Under the pieces are notes generated by a model, which saw only the letters and a program-made list of their open reading frames with translations, was not told where the DNA came from and did not search any database. A stretch of DNA of 61,807 nucleotides, filler included, from Sphacelaria rigidula (Eukaryota): NCBI GenBank assembly GCA_964200075.2. It is 11 parts of 11 records of this genome, joined end to end, with 100 filler letters (N's around TTAATTAATTAA, not from the genome) between each part and the next. Parts side by side here need not be neighbours in the genome. Positions count along the whole stretch, not along the records: positions 45,026 to 50,553 come from CAXNAA020026611.1; positions 50,654 to 56,180 come from CAXNAA020026612.1; positions 56,281 to 61,807 come from CAXNAA020026613.1; 8 more parts are not named here. One strand, given 5' to 3'. The translations under genes were made by a program, and so were the position numbers. Below are positions 49,078 through 61,807 of the stretch, in pieces. Every line of letters starts with the position of its first letter. Position 1 is the stretch's first letter.

Positions 49078-50553
49078 TACCGTATTGCTGACTGCGCTCA
49101 AGTGTGACGTGCGCTGTATGACACAGACCATGATGCTACACTCTACATTACGATCCGAAGCAGCAGGCGGCTGCCGGAAGAGTCCATACGCCTGCTCTTT
49201 CGGCAATCACTTCAATTGTTGCCAGGGGTCGGGTATGTGTATGCGTGTGTATGTTTTTGTATCCACATGTAAGCGGCCTCGGGGCAGTTGCTGTCGCCAG
49301 CACTTTTTAGGGCTAGTTTCTCCCACTCTGACGATTTTCACACGGTCGTGGCTCACGAAGAAGTTTATGTCGCCACCACACCTCGTTGGCACTCCGCATC
49401 ACTCCGGCGGGATGGGTCTTCCCAACTTTTGCGACTCGCACGTAAGTGTCCGGGGTTCGATCATGAGCTTTGGAGATGAACACCACCGCGGAGTGAGAAA
49501 AAAAGGTATATGCAGGCAATCCGTGCACCCTTTTTTGACGGCACTTTTTTGGCAAGGGAAATGACTACACGGTTCCTCGCTTTCTCGCCACGACTCAACA
49601 TTGTTACAAGATTAGAGGACACAACGAAGTAATGCAGTGCAGTCTACCCCGTAACGTACATACAGCATCTGTCGGCGAGGCCCCCCCCCTCTCCCCCCCC
49701 TGCACGTGCCTTGCGTGGTGATACATGTTGGGACAAGTCTCAGCCAAGCTTCGAGCGGGGATCATCGAATTCAGAGTGCTCCTCACAGTGATCGGTTGTG
49801 GTGAATCTGTCATGACGTCGGGATCATCGTACTGTCGTCGGACAGGTTTCTCCTGGCGGGATATGTAATGGGGTTCGGGGTGGAGAGCACGCAGCTACTG
49901 GAGGTCGCTCTCGAGCTTCATCGTCCCACGGAGCTTTTCCTCCACATCCGCGGTCTCGCGACCGAGGTTGAGGGCCGTATGGAGGGGGCCTTCGAAAAGG
50001 CCCTTCTGTCGGGGATGTCAAAGGTAAGCCCCCGTGAAACCGAACACTTGCTCGAAGTATCGCGATCCTTGGTCCGCGTCTTTGGCCAACGTGCAGGTAC
50101 TGGATCGGATTTGACCACCCGCGACTTATATCTGATGTGCCAGATGTGGCTTACACCAATGACCCCGACCGCGCGTGTGCTCATGTGTCACCTTTGACGG
50201 CAGTATGATATCAGCGGCGAGGTGTACATGGGGCCGACACTACTCCCATCCGCGCTGCCCGCGGACACTACGCCACGAAGATTGCTGGTTCGGGGTCCAG
50301 GGGACACGATCGAAAAGATCGTGACGGGTGCTTCACAGACTTTCGGCTACAAGCTGGAGGTGAGAACAGCGTTGCATGGGGGGCGATAAAGACACTGTGA
50401 CCCCGTAGTCCTCTCTTCCCTCGCCTTTTACCGCCGTTTGCGTCCTGATATGTACGCGACTGTCTCACGATTTGAAGACACGTCGGGGGTGCACGAGAAA
50501 AAAAACGCACACCTATGAACCCCCCCCCCCCTACCCGAACGGGACGGCACGGG

Positions 50554-50653
50554 NNNNNNNNNNNNNNNNNNNNNNNNNNNNNNNNNNNNNNNNNNNNTTA
50601 ATTAATTAANNNNNNNNNNNNNNNNNNNNNNNNNNNNNNNNNNNNNNNNNNNN
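50554..50653. other. Artificial contig linker
   Basis: N44-TTAATTAATTAA-N44. Confidence 0.98.
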
Positions 50654-50948
50654 TTATTGTACATGGATGTGTGTGAGCGTTGCCGGCATCCGAGGTCATC
50701 GGGACAGGGCAGGCAAGGAGCAGAAGAAGCAAATATACGAACCTCGCAAAGCCCGCCAGACTTTTCGGTTTTCGTCAGTGTTTGTTGATCAATTTCTTTC
50801 ATCAATTTCAACGATCACATGAAAAATCTCCAAGATCATGACATTAAAAAAAAAATGCCGTCCGGGAGGGGAGGGGGGACCTCCGTGTCTGATTTTTTCT
50901 CTCTCGACAGACCCTTGATTTTCCTGTACATCGTTCAAAAATGCGCAG

Positions 50949-51153
50949 TGCTTGCCGATGGGAATGCTGGGGTTTGGCGCCTACGCTGTCCCGACATGCG
51001 TCGATGCGTCGTCTATCTCCGGTGGACTCCCGCCCAGCTTGGATAGGGATCTAGGCGACACCGTGACCCGGTATCAGACCTACAGTTCTGATGATTGCGC
51101 AGATGCCGACCTTATGGAGACTGTTGAATTATATGGCTATCCCCACGAAGAAG
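50949..51153 (+). CDS. Candidate internal exon, unknown product
   Basis: CAG acceptor; CLPMGMLGFGAYAVPTCVDASSISGGLPPSLDRDLGDTVTRYQTYSSDDCADADLMETVELYGYPHEE; AAG|GTGCGC donor. Confidence 0.45.
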
Positions 51154-51528
51154 GTGCGCTTAAATGTACTTTTACAGGACTCTCTCTTCAAACCCGCCAG
51201 AGTCGCTGCACCAATTGTGCTGCACGATTCAGATATAAACGTTTTGTGATACAGATGCACTCCGCTACTAAGATACGGCAAATTGTCAAGAACCTAAGCC
51301 ACATTTTCTGAGACGGGATAATGGGCAGGTGAAGGTATACGTCATCGTTTTTTGCCACTTCAGGGTGCAGTGGTGAACAAGTTTTTTACGCACAGCGAAA
51401 ACGACGTTGGCATGACCCGGTTGTCATCGTTTTTGCCGAAAACACGCTTGTTGATTCTCGTCTATAATATATGTTCTTATTAAAGAACAAAAGAAAACAA
51501 GCATAGTGGTGACTAGTATTCTTGGCTC

Positions 51529-54500
51529 TGACATATTGCTGACACGCACACTGCGGTGATGGTGAAAAGTGTTGTCGATATTGGGAATGTGTCGTTAACC
51601 CCACTACATCGAGGAGGAGAAGAGAAAAGGAGACAAGACAAGAGCAATCACAGAAGGGGTTTCACCCAACCGCGTCGCAACAGAACACAGGAATACTCGA
51701 GAAAATTCAGGAAATGATCTAGAACACAACCGAAGAATCTTGAAGATATGTCGCGCTTCGATATCGCGTCCCTCTGCAATGTCCCGTTGTGAAGCCGTCA
51801 CTTAACGCACGCGGATACTGACTGCACTTCAACGGTAGCTAGAGCCATATCCAACACCCCCCCTAGTGATGTTCAATCTTGTTAACAGAGCTATACAAAA
51901 CCGTACCATATATATTCAGCCGAGAGCCCGAAATTTCTATCGTTGTCTCAAAAAAACTATTCTACTACTCAGCATACGGGAAACACCTGCTCAGAAGGAC
52001 AACAACCCCGTGCCTATACTACTCTCATGTTTACTCAATCACTATCCACCAAAGTTATATGCTTCAACGTCATCAAGCAATCACGATGCAGTTAATAAAA
52101 TCCTATCCCCACAACCTTCGTCATAGTGTCTGCATCTTCCCTGTTGCCATGTGACTATTCTTGATGTCTCCGCTACTGACCAAATAACGCAATAAATACA
52201 TGATGCCTGACATCAATGAATGTGCTTGGAGTTCGAAGGACTCGGAGGATAGTGGATAGTTGAATAGATTCAACATTATTCGACAATACGGTAATGGGTG
52301 TACCGCTAGTCTCAGGTACGAGGAACTTCAAAATACCCATGAAAAATAAAGGCTCCCTGACACCGTCACCCATCATTGCTCATATTTCTGCTTTACTAGT
52401 ATACAGAGGGACACAATTCTGCGCCCTAGAAACCAAGAAACTGAACCTCTACCACACATGACTGCACTACCAGACACCGATAGTCTATCATTTTTCTGCA
52501 CTAGCATAATGAGAACTGCGTATCTACTTTGATGTTGACACCTGAGCCTCTCTCCATCCTCAGCCCTAAGTCACTTGTTGCATTTAGGTAAGCCATAATC
52601 TTCGCAGATTTCAAATGCCCGGGCTCCGGATCGTGTGAATAAGGCACCGTCGCTCAAAACGCATTCATTATGCCCGGTCGTGTTTGGTTGGCGATTAACA
52701 TCAGGCTCCTCAGCACCTCTCTTAACGATCAACTTCTCGTCATCACCGTTTCCCGTCATATCCCTTACGTTGAATGACGGAGCGGCAGGGGCGGGTCTTA
52801 TGGAATAGACATTTAATGAGAACGCACGTCGTTAGTGAACGTAGTCTATGAAGTCTATAACGTACCCTTCCTCCTATCTCGCTCGTATTCACACCCAGTA
52901 TACCATGTTATTTCTACAGAATTCGTCGTGGGGAACGACTTGTTCAAGTCCGTGCACAGTGCGTCAATACCTTCCTTACCTTCTGAAACGATCATATCGC
53001 CCACGTGGACCGCTATCATCAACCTTACTTTCGCATCAACTGTCAATCAAGCGAAAAATGCATGGATCAACGTCACACTGTTTGAAATTTAGCTCCTTCA
53101 ACTTCAACGCTAGTAATCAATACCTCTGCCTCGATGGCTGCTTTAAACCATACAGTGATTTATTGAGTAGCACCTTTTCCCCCAACAAATCATCACAAAC
53201 TTGCGGTAATAGAGAGTTTCGGAAACGCCTTCCTGTCATTTCAGAGTGGAGTAACGCTACGATAGGGGTGGCGAGATTTTTCTGGGGAAGGATACTCGAT
53301 TGAGATTTGAGCAATGCGAAGATAGCTTCCCCCCCAAAAAACAGCGGAAAACTGGGCTGGATTGGAGGAGGACTATCGCGGCATTATACTTATGATCTTG
53401 AGAAGGTGATCTTGTACCGCACAGTGCTGTCTACACGTGCTAATTGTGTGTAGACTGAACTTGGACCAGCACCTAGGTGGCATCAACAAGCAGGATTGAC
53501 CGATGCCGAGATGATTCCCCCTTAACCAGCCCACTTCTTGACTGGTTTGGACGGGGTGCTATCACAGTATCAATCACTCGTTGACTGAACCACCACGCAC
53601 TCACGCCGATGGTGCTCTTAGGACGAAATTACGTCTGAGCGCAGTTGTTCGGACCTGCGGGCGGTACACGTTTGAATCTGAATGTTAGTCGTGGCGTCCT
53701 GTAGCTCGTTTTTCGAGTTAGACGGAGGACCCCCAACAATGTGAATTGCCCACAACAAGTTTGTGCGCCCCTACCGTTGCATCATTTCACGGCCGAGCGG
53801 AGCCCTCGTCGAGTGAGGTGATATCGGCTGTTGCAAGACGAGAACCTGCCAAGCAGCATTCAACGACCTCTGCATGAACACGCGACGAGTCGAATACAGA
53901 CACATCAGTAATAGCGTTTGTCAGACGAGACCAGGCACTACGTGCGATGTCTACGTCATCCAGTGAAAGTTGCTCCAGGAGCACTCTCTTGAGATACTCA
54001 CGACTCCAACATCTATTCACACGCCTGATGTAAGTACCGCACTGCACCCTAGACTACAGCGCATTTGCAAGCAACGTTTTCACCCATACAACGTACTCGT
54101 TTGCGCTACCGTTAAACGTTGGAAGAAATCTTCATGCACTACCTCGTGTACAATACTATATACCCTACGCAGTGGCGGTGGCGTGTGGGTTTTACGTGTG
54201 ATGCTCTCGCGTCGGCTGCTCTCTGCAACGTTGTCGTCGACAATCTTTCTGTCGACGACGCTTCCGGTCGGATCACCGCGGTCTTCAACCTCGCGCGCTG
54301 CAACGACTGCAGCTCTCGTACTAACGCCGAACTCCCTTTCTCGTCCACTCCTGAACTCCTTCCCTGCGAGCGACTGTATCGTGTCCTCGAGTCGATTTAG
54401 ACGGCTCTCCGTCTCAGCTTTCTCCTTGCTCAGGATGAAGGTCATTGCCCCCATCATCTTGATCATGCGGTATTCCATCGCATTTCCATTTTGGGCTTCG

Positions 54501-55045
54501 CCACCCTCTTCGGCTACCGTCTTGTACGTAGGATCGGATCGATCGTCATGCTGGCGTGTCCGTGATCCTGACGTATATCTGACACGCATACTGTAGTGTG
54601 ACGATGGTGTAAACTGTTGTCGTTGTTGTTATTACCTCGTTAATCCAACTACATCGAGGAGAAGAAGAGAAGAGAAGAGAACTCGCAGAGGGGGCACAGG
54701 GGCTACACTCAATCTTGTCGCAACAGAAGACAGGAATACTCAAGAAACTACAGGATATAATCTGGAACACAACCGAAAAAATCCAAAGATATTTCGCGAA
54801 CCGTTACTTAACCCTTAAACGGCGAGCGGATGCCATATGGTAAATCGGCATAGTTCCACTTGAAAAAAGTATGGATGATCCAGATGGACCACCCTCGCGG
54901 TCTCAGGGTTAATGGCCCTTGATACTTTACGATATAATATCCCGCTCTGATGCAATTTCGCGCTGCAATGTCTCCCTGTGAAACCGTCACTTTATACAGA
55001 CGAATACTGATTCCAATACAACGGTGGGTAGAGCTATATCTTACA
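51529..55045 (-). mobile_element. Decayed, internally deleted Ty1/copia LTR retrotransposon
   Basis: Diverged TG...CA LTR-like direct repeats at 51529-51856 and 54569-55045. Polypurine tract (AGGGGGGG on minus) next to 51856. RT remnants LNKSLYGLKQ and IAVHVGDMIV (degenerate YVDD), RNase H remnant IDVRHH, and a possible gag remnant at 54080-54560. No TSD seen, so the two LTRs could belong to separate insertions. Confidence 0.8.
54812..54908. mobile_element. 97-bp piggyBac-type MITE with TTAA TSD, nested in the copia LTR
   Basis: TTAA|CCCTTAAACGGCGAGCG ... CCCTCGCGGTCTCAGGG|TTAA; absent from the partner LTR. Confidence 0.75.
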
Positions 55046-56095
55046 CCTAGCACAGCTTCAAGCTCACGGGTATTTCACCGGAGCTGTCTTGTGCCCCAAG
55101 CTGACCCAAATCCGCAAGGTATACACATTATTACCTACTTTCCCCTGGTATTACTCTTCTGGCCAATGTTATCACTTTGTGAAATGAAGAAGGTACAAGT
55201 GTTCCTTCATTCTAATGTATCGTGCCAAACCTCGTTGAGCATATTACTGTATTCCAAAGAAGCCAATAACAACGACAAGGAGTAAGTTTTTCCGGCCGAA
55301 GTCGGTTTAGGAACTGCGCTTCCGTTGAAGACAGCAAATTAATTCCCGTTCAACGTCATAAGAAGCAACATGCTTCAACATCTCTACGAGACATTGAATT
55401 CTGAGCCAAGATTACGGTGTGCCATACCATCGAGCCTCCGAGGCGGTATTGGGTTTGGCCACATGGATTCGTCTGTGTAGACTCGTAGACTGCGGTGCGG
55501 CATATTTCGTTGCTATAGAGGCAGTAGCATTATACATATTCTGTCTGTAAAATGGACACTTCCGCATCTTAATTATTATTCATGACGCGTCCTCTCCCAG
55601 AGGCGCATTGTTAGTCGTATCTATGTAGGGCGCTCTATTTTTTTTTTCAGGTTGATGTTCCTTCACGTTCGGTTGCAAACGCTTTCGTGTCAAACCCCGT
55701 TGGGCGTAAGAGTGAACACAGATACAGGTACCGATACAGATAGCACGGGCACTCATCTTTCTCTCACGCTCGAAGACAAGCCGCGGCTATCTCTCTGATA
55801 ACACATGTTAGAACAAGACTGAAGACACCGCCGTAATTGAAAGGTGTAGAGACTTCAAATATGGAGACGCTGTGCAGCCTCGCCACGTGTCGTTGTTCGA
55901 TCTTGGTCCAGTTTCCCGACACTGAAAAAATTAAGCAAGCACAGAACCAGGCCTAGTCTACACCGAAATGTTATCAGAATAAACACTAAGACCAAGTAGC
56001 TCAAACATACAGCAAAATAAAATCGAGTATTTTGGTACAGATCTATCCCCCTTCCCCATCTCCTTTTGTACGGTTCAATGAAGGTTCGGGCCTGT

Positions 56096-56180
56096 GGGGG
56101 GGGGTGTACTCATGATCATGCATGCCATATTCATCAGACCATTGACCTCGCATCCCTACAAAGGCGGGATGGAGCACGCC
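56096..56180 (-). mobile_element. LINE 3' end, variant subfamily, with C9 run
   Basis: Minus strand: GTGCTCCATCCCGCCTTTGTAGGGATGCGAGGTCAATGGTCTGATG...CATGAGTACA-CCCCCCCCC. Confidence 0.75.
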
Positions 56181-56280
56181 NNNNNNNNNNNNNNNNNNNN
56201 NNNNNNNNNNNNNNNNNNNNNNNNTTAATTAATTAANNNNNNNNNNNNNNNNNNNNNNNNNNNNNNNNNNNNNNNNNNNN
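56181..56280. other. Artificial contig linker
   Basis: N44-TTAATTAATTAA-N44. Confidence 0.98.
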
Positions 56281-58089
56281 GTAGCTGTACTGGGTGCCGT
56301 TGTCGTCTGCTGTGGTGGGTGGGTGGGGGGGGGCGGGGGGGGGGGGGGGGGGGGGGGGGGATCCATTATTGAATGAAAATCGAACAACTATGCACGGTAC
56401 TGACGCTGAAAACAACGGGCTGTACAATGAAGAGAGTGTGTACCGTCCTTCCGGCCAGGGCATGGCAGGGGAGACACCTCTCCGTCTCCTGCTATAGGCT
56501 GGTTCAGGGTGAATGCCCAAAATTTGTTCCCCACGAGATACAGAACGCAAAACTGACCAGACGAAAACATTATTTGGGGGTCATGATGACCTCCACGAGC
56601 AAGGGAACGGTGTGACATAGCCAGAGCTTTCCTTGCGTCCCTTGCTGTGGCGCTAGTAGTATAGATGCTTCTCGGCCCATCAGGGGCCTTCAAATTGTCC
56701 TGGAACAAACATGCGAATGCACGACACAACTTCTATCCAATGTCTTCACGCTTCAAACCTTAGTAACCGCCATGAGCTACATAATCTAAAGCAATGAACA
56801 GATTTTGAGATGGTTTGTATGAGATCGAGTTATACCCCAAACCGTGATATTTCGGTGACGTGAAATTTTTGCGTCGTCCGACCTCCACTGAAAAATGCAT
56901 CAAAGCCGTAGAAAGGCTTTTGACGGTTTCCTTTATTCATGTCGTAGAAAGGCTGTGATTATCCTCAAACTTGGCACATTGGTAGATATGTGCTCCAGAC
57001 GGGGAAAAAATCGTTGTAAGGATACTACCAAGTTTTTTCGCTCTCTACCGGCTTTCGGGAGTCCCGGCGTGAAGACCCGCAGAAGCTGGTGCAGAGTGCC
57101 TCAGAATAAAACGGAAGAAGGCATTACCCGTCCCGAGGTCATCGAATGAACATTCGTACAAAGTTTCGTTGCATAACTCAAAAATCTGATCCCACACAAG
57201 GAAACGGTCGCTTTAATTATACAATGACATATTTTGGGGATTCAGCAGATTATTCTACTCTTGATCCCACATAGGGCAATTTCTTACCCGAGGTTTTAGA
57301 GTTTGACCCTGAACATTTACCAAAGTGTACTATTATATGAGATAGTGCGACTGTCGATGCTTTTATTTATTTCGCCAGGTATCCGGGTTCCCACGAGACA
57401 ATAGGGCGCCCGGGACCCCCGGGACGCTGGATATCTGGCGACGTTATGATGAATAAACCCGTCAGTCCAAGTTTTCGCCATATCCCATGGTGTACGTGCG
57501 CAAAATTTCAGGGTCCAACTCCAAAAACCTGCGTGTGAAATCATGATGGAATAATTTTGGGTGTTCACCCTGAGCCAGCCTGTAATGTTTGGAAGTACCC
57601 GTGTTTGTCCATCTTGTAACCCCTTTTTTTCCATCGTTTGACCCCGTTTTGTCCGTCTCCTGACGAGTTGAACGCGCATCGTCGTCATAGTGATCGTTGG
57701 CATTTGTTGTAGGGGGGAGAGGACATAACCGACCAGAACAAACTAAGGAAAATGACGCGCTTGTGGCGATAAGGATTCCAGCAGGCATCAGTTGGCCATC
57801 CCACTCATGAGCTTGAGCTCTTGCACTCAGTTCCACTACACTCACCAACCCCTTACTGACCTTGGTGGTCGCTGTGCATTTGAACGACCCGCACTTGCGG
57901 TAGTTCACCCACGCTTCTGTTCGATATCATGAGCTAGATACTACGCTGTGCAGGCAGATGGGCTCGCTGTTGCAGGTTTCGTCGCAAGTAATTTCGGTTA
58001 CAGAAAGGAAAACAAATAGTACCGTGAGTTGGGTTGGGCATCAAGGAGCATTCCCTCACACATGGCCGGTGACCTGAAGGCCTTCAACG

Positions 58090-58570
58090 AACGACTCGAG
58101 CTCCTCTCCGCCAGCATTGGGTGTGCCTCTCTTCGGTCAAAGTTCCGGGGGATGTACCCCCTGTTATCTATTGCGCTTTTGAATTTCACGAGGCAGCTTG
58201 TCAACTGACACAGTTGGAGCGGGAAGAATGCGGATTCGGTTCCCGCCAGACGCTTTTAAGTTTGTTCTTGGAAGTATCTAGATTCCGTCGTTGTGTGGGT
58301 TTGAGTGGCAAAATGAGATTGTTTGACGGAGATTGTTTGACCAAAGTCGACGCGGTGCGGGAGTGCTGATCTAGTCCGCGAGACCAGAGAATAAGGCTCG
58401 TATCGAGACAGGAGAGGGGGTAAAGGTGTGAAAAAAAACGGTGACGGGTTACTTTGAAGACCAGCAACGACTGACTCAGCCTCCTCTCCGCCCACATTGG
58501 GTGTACCCCTTTTTGGTCAAAGATCGGGGGAGCATACCCGTCTTTGTCGCCTTTTTGCATATTACAGGGC
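58090..58570. repeat. Two diverged, about 100-bp direct repeats (58090-58195 and 58470-58570)
   Basis: CTCCTCTCCGCC..CATTGGGTGT.CC..T.TT.GGTCAAAG.TC.GGGG occurs twice, 380 bp apart. Confidence 0.65.
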
Positions 58571-60800
58571 TATCTTTCATTACTGATCGACGAAGAGGCA
58601 CCCTCGGAAGATTTCGTGTTTTGCTGCACAAGCCTCGCCCTCCTGTACATATTTCATTCGCACGTTTGCCTAGGAGCATGCACCCCAATAAGTTGTACCC
58701 TAGGCAACTGGTCAGGAGCGCACGGCATAGCGCAGTCAGGAGCGTACGGCATAGCGCGTATTGCCGTTGGCATATTTTCAGCCGCTGCAAAAGGGGTATT
58801 GCGCCACACCCCTCGTCCCAGTAAAGAAAATTCTACGGTGAAGCCTTGAACAAGAAATACTGGCACATTTAACAGTTTTTCGCCAGATTGAGAGTGTAGC
58901 GTTTATTATGAAAATTGTGTCCAACAAGCAAGCAGGTTGACTCGATGTAGACCTCCTGCCGAAGGCCCAATCTCCGAAAGATTCAATCTCCGAAAGATCC
59001 AATCTCCGATGAACATCAGTTCGGAAGCAGAGACCCGTCGTGGATCGCGATCCGGGATATCTGGAGACGTCGTTCCCCGAAGTATACCGGCGCCACGCGA
59101 GATACTCAGAGAGTCATAACCTGTTGCTGTATGGGAATTGTGATGTGTTCTCACGCAGATAGGTGACAGAGGCTGACGCTCACCGACGTTAGTGATGTTA
59201 TGGCTCGGAGAGCTTGGAACAGCAGAAATACGGCAGTATTCTAGTGCAGAATAAGATGCTTCGATGTTGTTAACACGGCGCTTGCGGCCAACACAGACAG
59301 AAACAACAGATGGACTGATGGTAGTCTAGGCAGAACAGTGATGATACCCAGGATGTAGTAGGGACAGCTATGGTACCTAGAATACCCAGAGAGATCACAA
59401 AGAGTAAGACCTAAGTAATCGTCGAGAACGATTTTTCTACAGATGTTAACAATTATTCCACCGCATAGGTTACATGCCAATGACACTCATCATACCGATT
59501 ACACATGGGTCCACTACATGAACTGCGTATGACAGTACCACTGAAGATTGATCATGGACATGTAGAACATGTGCAGGCATTTCCATAACAGCGTTGACTG
59601 AGAGTGGGTCGCGTGATTTGCACTAACTTGACCAATTTTTCATTTTGGATGTGGTTTTTTGCCCAACACTGTCGTGTGCTTATAGATGCACGTCGATATC
59701 CTACTCGTGGATATCACAGGCTGCAGTAGAAAGCTACTGCAGAAAGCGTGTAAGGCTTCGAGGGGCATTTCGGAAGCGAACCTGTTTCAGGCATCGATGA
59801 ATCGTTTCGAAGAATTTGAGACGTAGATTCCTGTTGATTGACAAGGCTACTTCGATCAATATATACGCTGTATTCATCCCACGGCTAAGAGCTTTCATTG
59901 GAGTCGCAACACGCCTGACTCGGCGAAGTACTCCCCGATAAACACCGATCGATGAATAGTTTAGGATTCCCTTTTCTTTGGGTCCTCACTCTCAATCAAA
60001 CGCTAGACTCCCAACCTGGCCAATGTCCCATTATGTCATGTAAACGAATCATTCGACGCTTGCTCTCCTTCACACAACGTGCGCCGGAAGACCACACCGA
60101 TCAGCCTGCATCGCGTTGATTCAATATCCATGCACTGCACTCCCTCCCCGTCCACCTTTTCGTGCGCACCCTTCCCTCCCCCCGTTAACCTTGTTGCTCC
60201 TCCCCGGCTTGCAGTTATCAGCGTGCCTGGCATACCTGCGAGCGTGCCACTGCTACTGCATGTACTGCGCGTGCAAATACAGCGGGCGAAGTGATATGCA
60301 ATCGTCCTGTCCCGGGCCCAGCCGAGATGATCATGACGAGGAAGAGCTGTGAATAGTAGATGCAACGATTAGGTTGGACATGTTGAAGAGGTTGTTGGCT
60401 AGGTTGCCGGGAGGTGTTTGCAGATCCTTCGGCTGGGGCGTGCGGAAAACCTATTTCTGGGGGGCACCCCCGCTATGGCCAGCTACACGTACAAATGTGA
60501 ACAATTTTAACGCCACCGTGAAACTTGCAATGAATTTCGTGTGTTGAAGGATAAACGGTGTCCGTGTACATTCACTGGGTTTACAGCGCGCGTTGTACGG
60601 TTCTGGAGGGGCATTTTTTTGTGAGATTTGCTGAAGATGGCGTCCTCTCTGTGCGTCCAGATATGCAGTACTTGCATGTATACGATGCATCTGTGCAAGT
60701 GACGCAGCGGGATAGGGAGCCACGGTACTGTAGTCGGGGGTGAAGATCCGGATGGGTGCCACAAACAGGGGTGCCACGGCACCAGTACTGGCACTCCACC

Positions 60801-61746
60801 CGCGTCGTTTATTTCTGCACAAACAACATCGTCTGTCGACCACCTACAAGCAAGGCTTCTCCATCCTCGTCAGTCACGGACGTGTCTTGCACGTGAGGCT
60901 CCGAGCTTTGGCGTACCTCAACATATGATCTCTTCACACCGCGTGTCCGATCCGTAGCCACCGAACTACCGGGTTTTCCTACTCGAGGTGGTCACAAGGC
61001 GTGACCCAGGCTCCTCTCGAGACGTACAGTCATGCGGTGCTCTGCTACTGGCTTGGTTCCCTTCATCCAGTAATGGCAACTAGTTGCTGTTGTTTTTGTT
61101 ACGGAATGTGTCATGTCGGCACCAAACTGCTTGTACTTGGTACTCCCTTGGGATGTTCGATGTGTCGAGTGTGTGCTTGGTCGGAAGTGGATAGCAACGA
61201 CACCAAGAGACAAAACCAGGGGATCGCGGAATCGCAGAAGAGAAGAGAGAGCAGGGGATTATCGCTCGGCCCTCCCGCTCCGACGCCGGAGATCCCCGGA
61301 GGGGATGAAGCGCCACACGTGGTAGCAATAGATTCGCATCGTCTTGTTTTGTACATACAACCTCGTCTATCGCCCACCTACAACAAATGTTCACCGTTCT
61401 CGTTAAGTCATGGATGTCTGAGGCTTCGGACTTTGGCGTACCTGAATAATGAGATCGTTCCAAACCGCGTCCGATCCGCAGCCACCAGACTAACGGGTGT
61501 TCCTACTCTATGTAGTTCCAAGGCGTGACTCAGGCTCCTCTCAAGACATTCAGTCGTGCAGTGCTTTGTAACGCACTCGGTTTCCTTTTTTTTAGTGATG
61601 CCAACTAGCTGCTGCTGTTGTTATCTCGCGTCGTGTTATTTTGGCACCATACTGCTTGTACACGGTTCTCCCGCGGGATGTTTGATGCGTCGGGTGCATG
61701 CTTCGTCGGAGGTGGATAGCAATGACACCAAAAGACAAGCCAGGGG
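60801..61746. repeat. Two diverged, about 420-bp direct repeats (60801-61222 and 61336-61746)
   Basis: Collinear anchors CACCTACAA, TGAGGCT.CG..CTTTGGCGTACCT, GTCCGATCCG.AGCCACC, CAAGGCGTGAC.CAGGCTCCTCTC, ACTGCTTGTAC, GTGGATAGCAA.GACACCAA.AGACAA..CCAGGGG. Confidence 0.85.
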
Positions 61747-61807
61747 GGGGGGGGGGGGGCCACCCCCTTTGTTGCGTAATCGGGAGGGGGGGGGGGGGGG
61801 GAAAGAG

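Noticed and set aside
49868..50310. 109-aa ORF with protein-like composition
   Set aside because: No recognisable motif, no convincing acceptor/donor pair, and an in-frame stop; probably a decayed repeat ORF that cannot be supported without a search.

Overview
Intron-rich, repeat-rich eukaryotic DNA, probably from a brown alga or related stramenopile (inferred from exon/intron style, PPR motif type, a Cys-rich CCxxxCGxCGGxGC module and a Zn2Cys6 gene). The window is not one locus. It is 11 unrelated contigs of 5529, 8 x 5528 and 2 x 5527 bp, sorted by length and joined by ten artificial 100-bp linkers (N44-TTAATTAATTAA-N44), so nothing can be inferred from neighbourhood across linkers. Host genes appear only as spliced fragments: four in-phase exons of a CysQ-type 3'(2'),5'-bisphosphate nucleotidase, two PPR exons (one with a likely GC donor), a GH114-like exon plus a Cys-rich exon, a Zn(II)2Cys6 exon, a PYROXD1-like first exon, an acidic terminal exon and a few weaker candidates. 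The rest is largely transposon-derived: a degenerate APE-RT LINE with several 5'-truncated 3' ends, a decayed Ty1/copia element, and Tc1/mariner-, hAT- and piggyBac-type non-autonomous elements, foldbacks and microsatellites. The most interesting signal is that the LINE family ends in GAGTAC(N) followed by C-runs rather than poly(A). One copy has a 14-bp target-site duplication that begins with CCCC, suggesting a C-tailed, G-run-primed retrotransposon that targets poly(C/G) tracts. No rRNA, intact tRNA or CRISPR array was seen.
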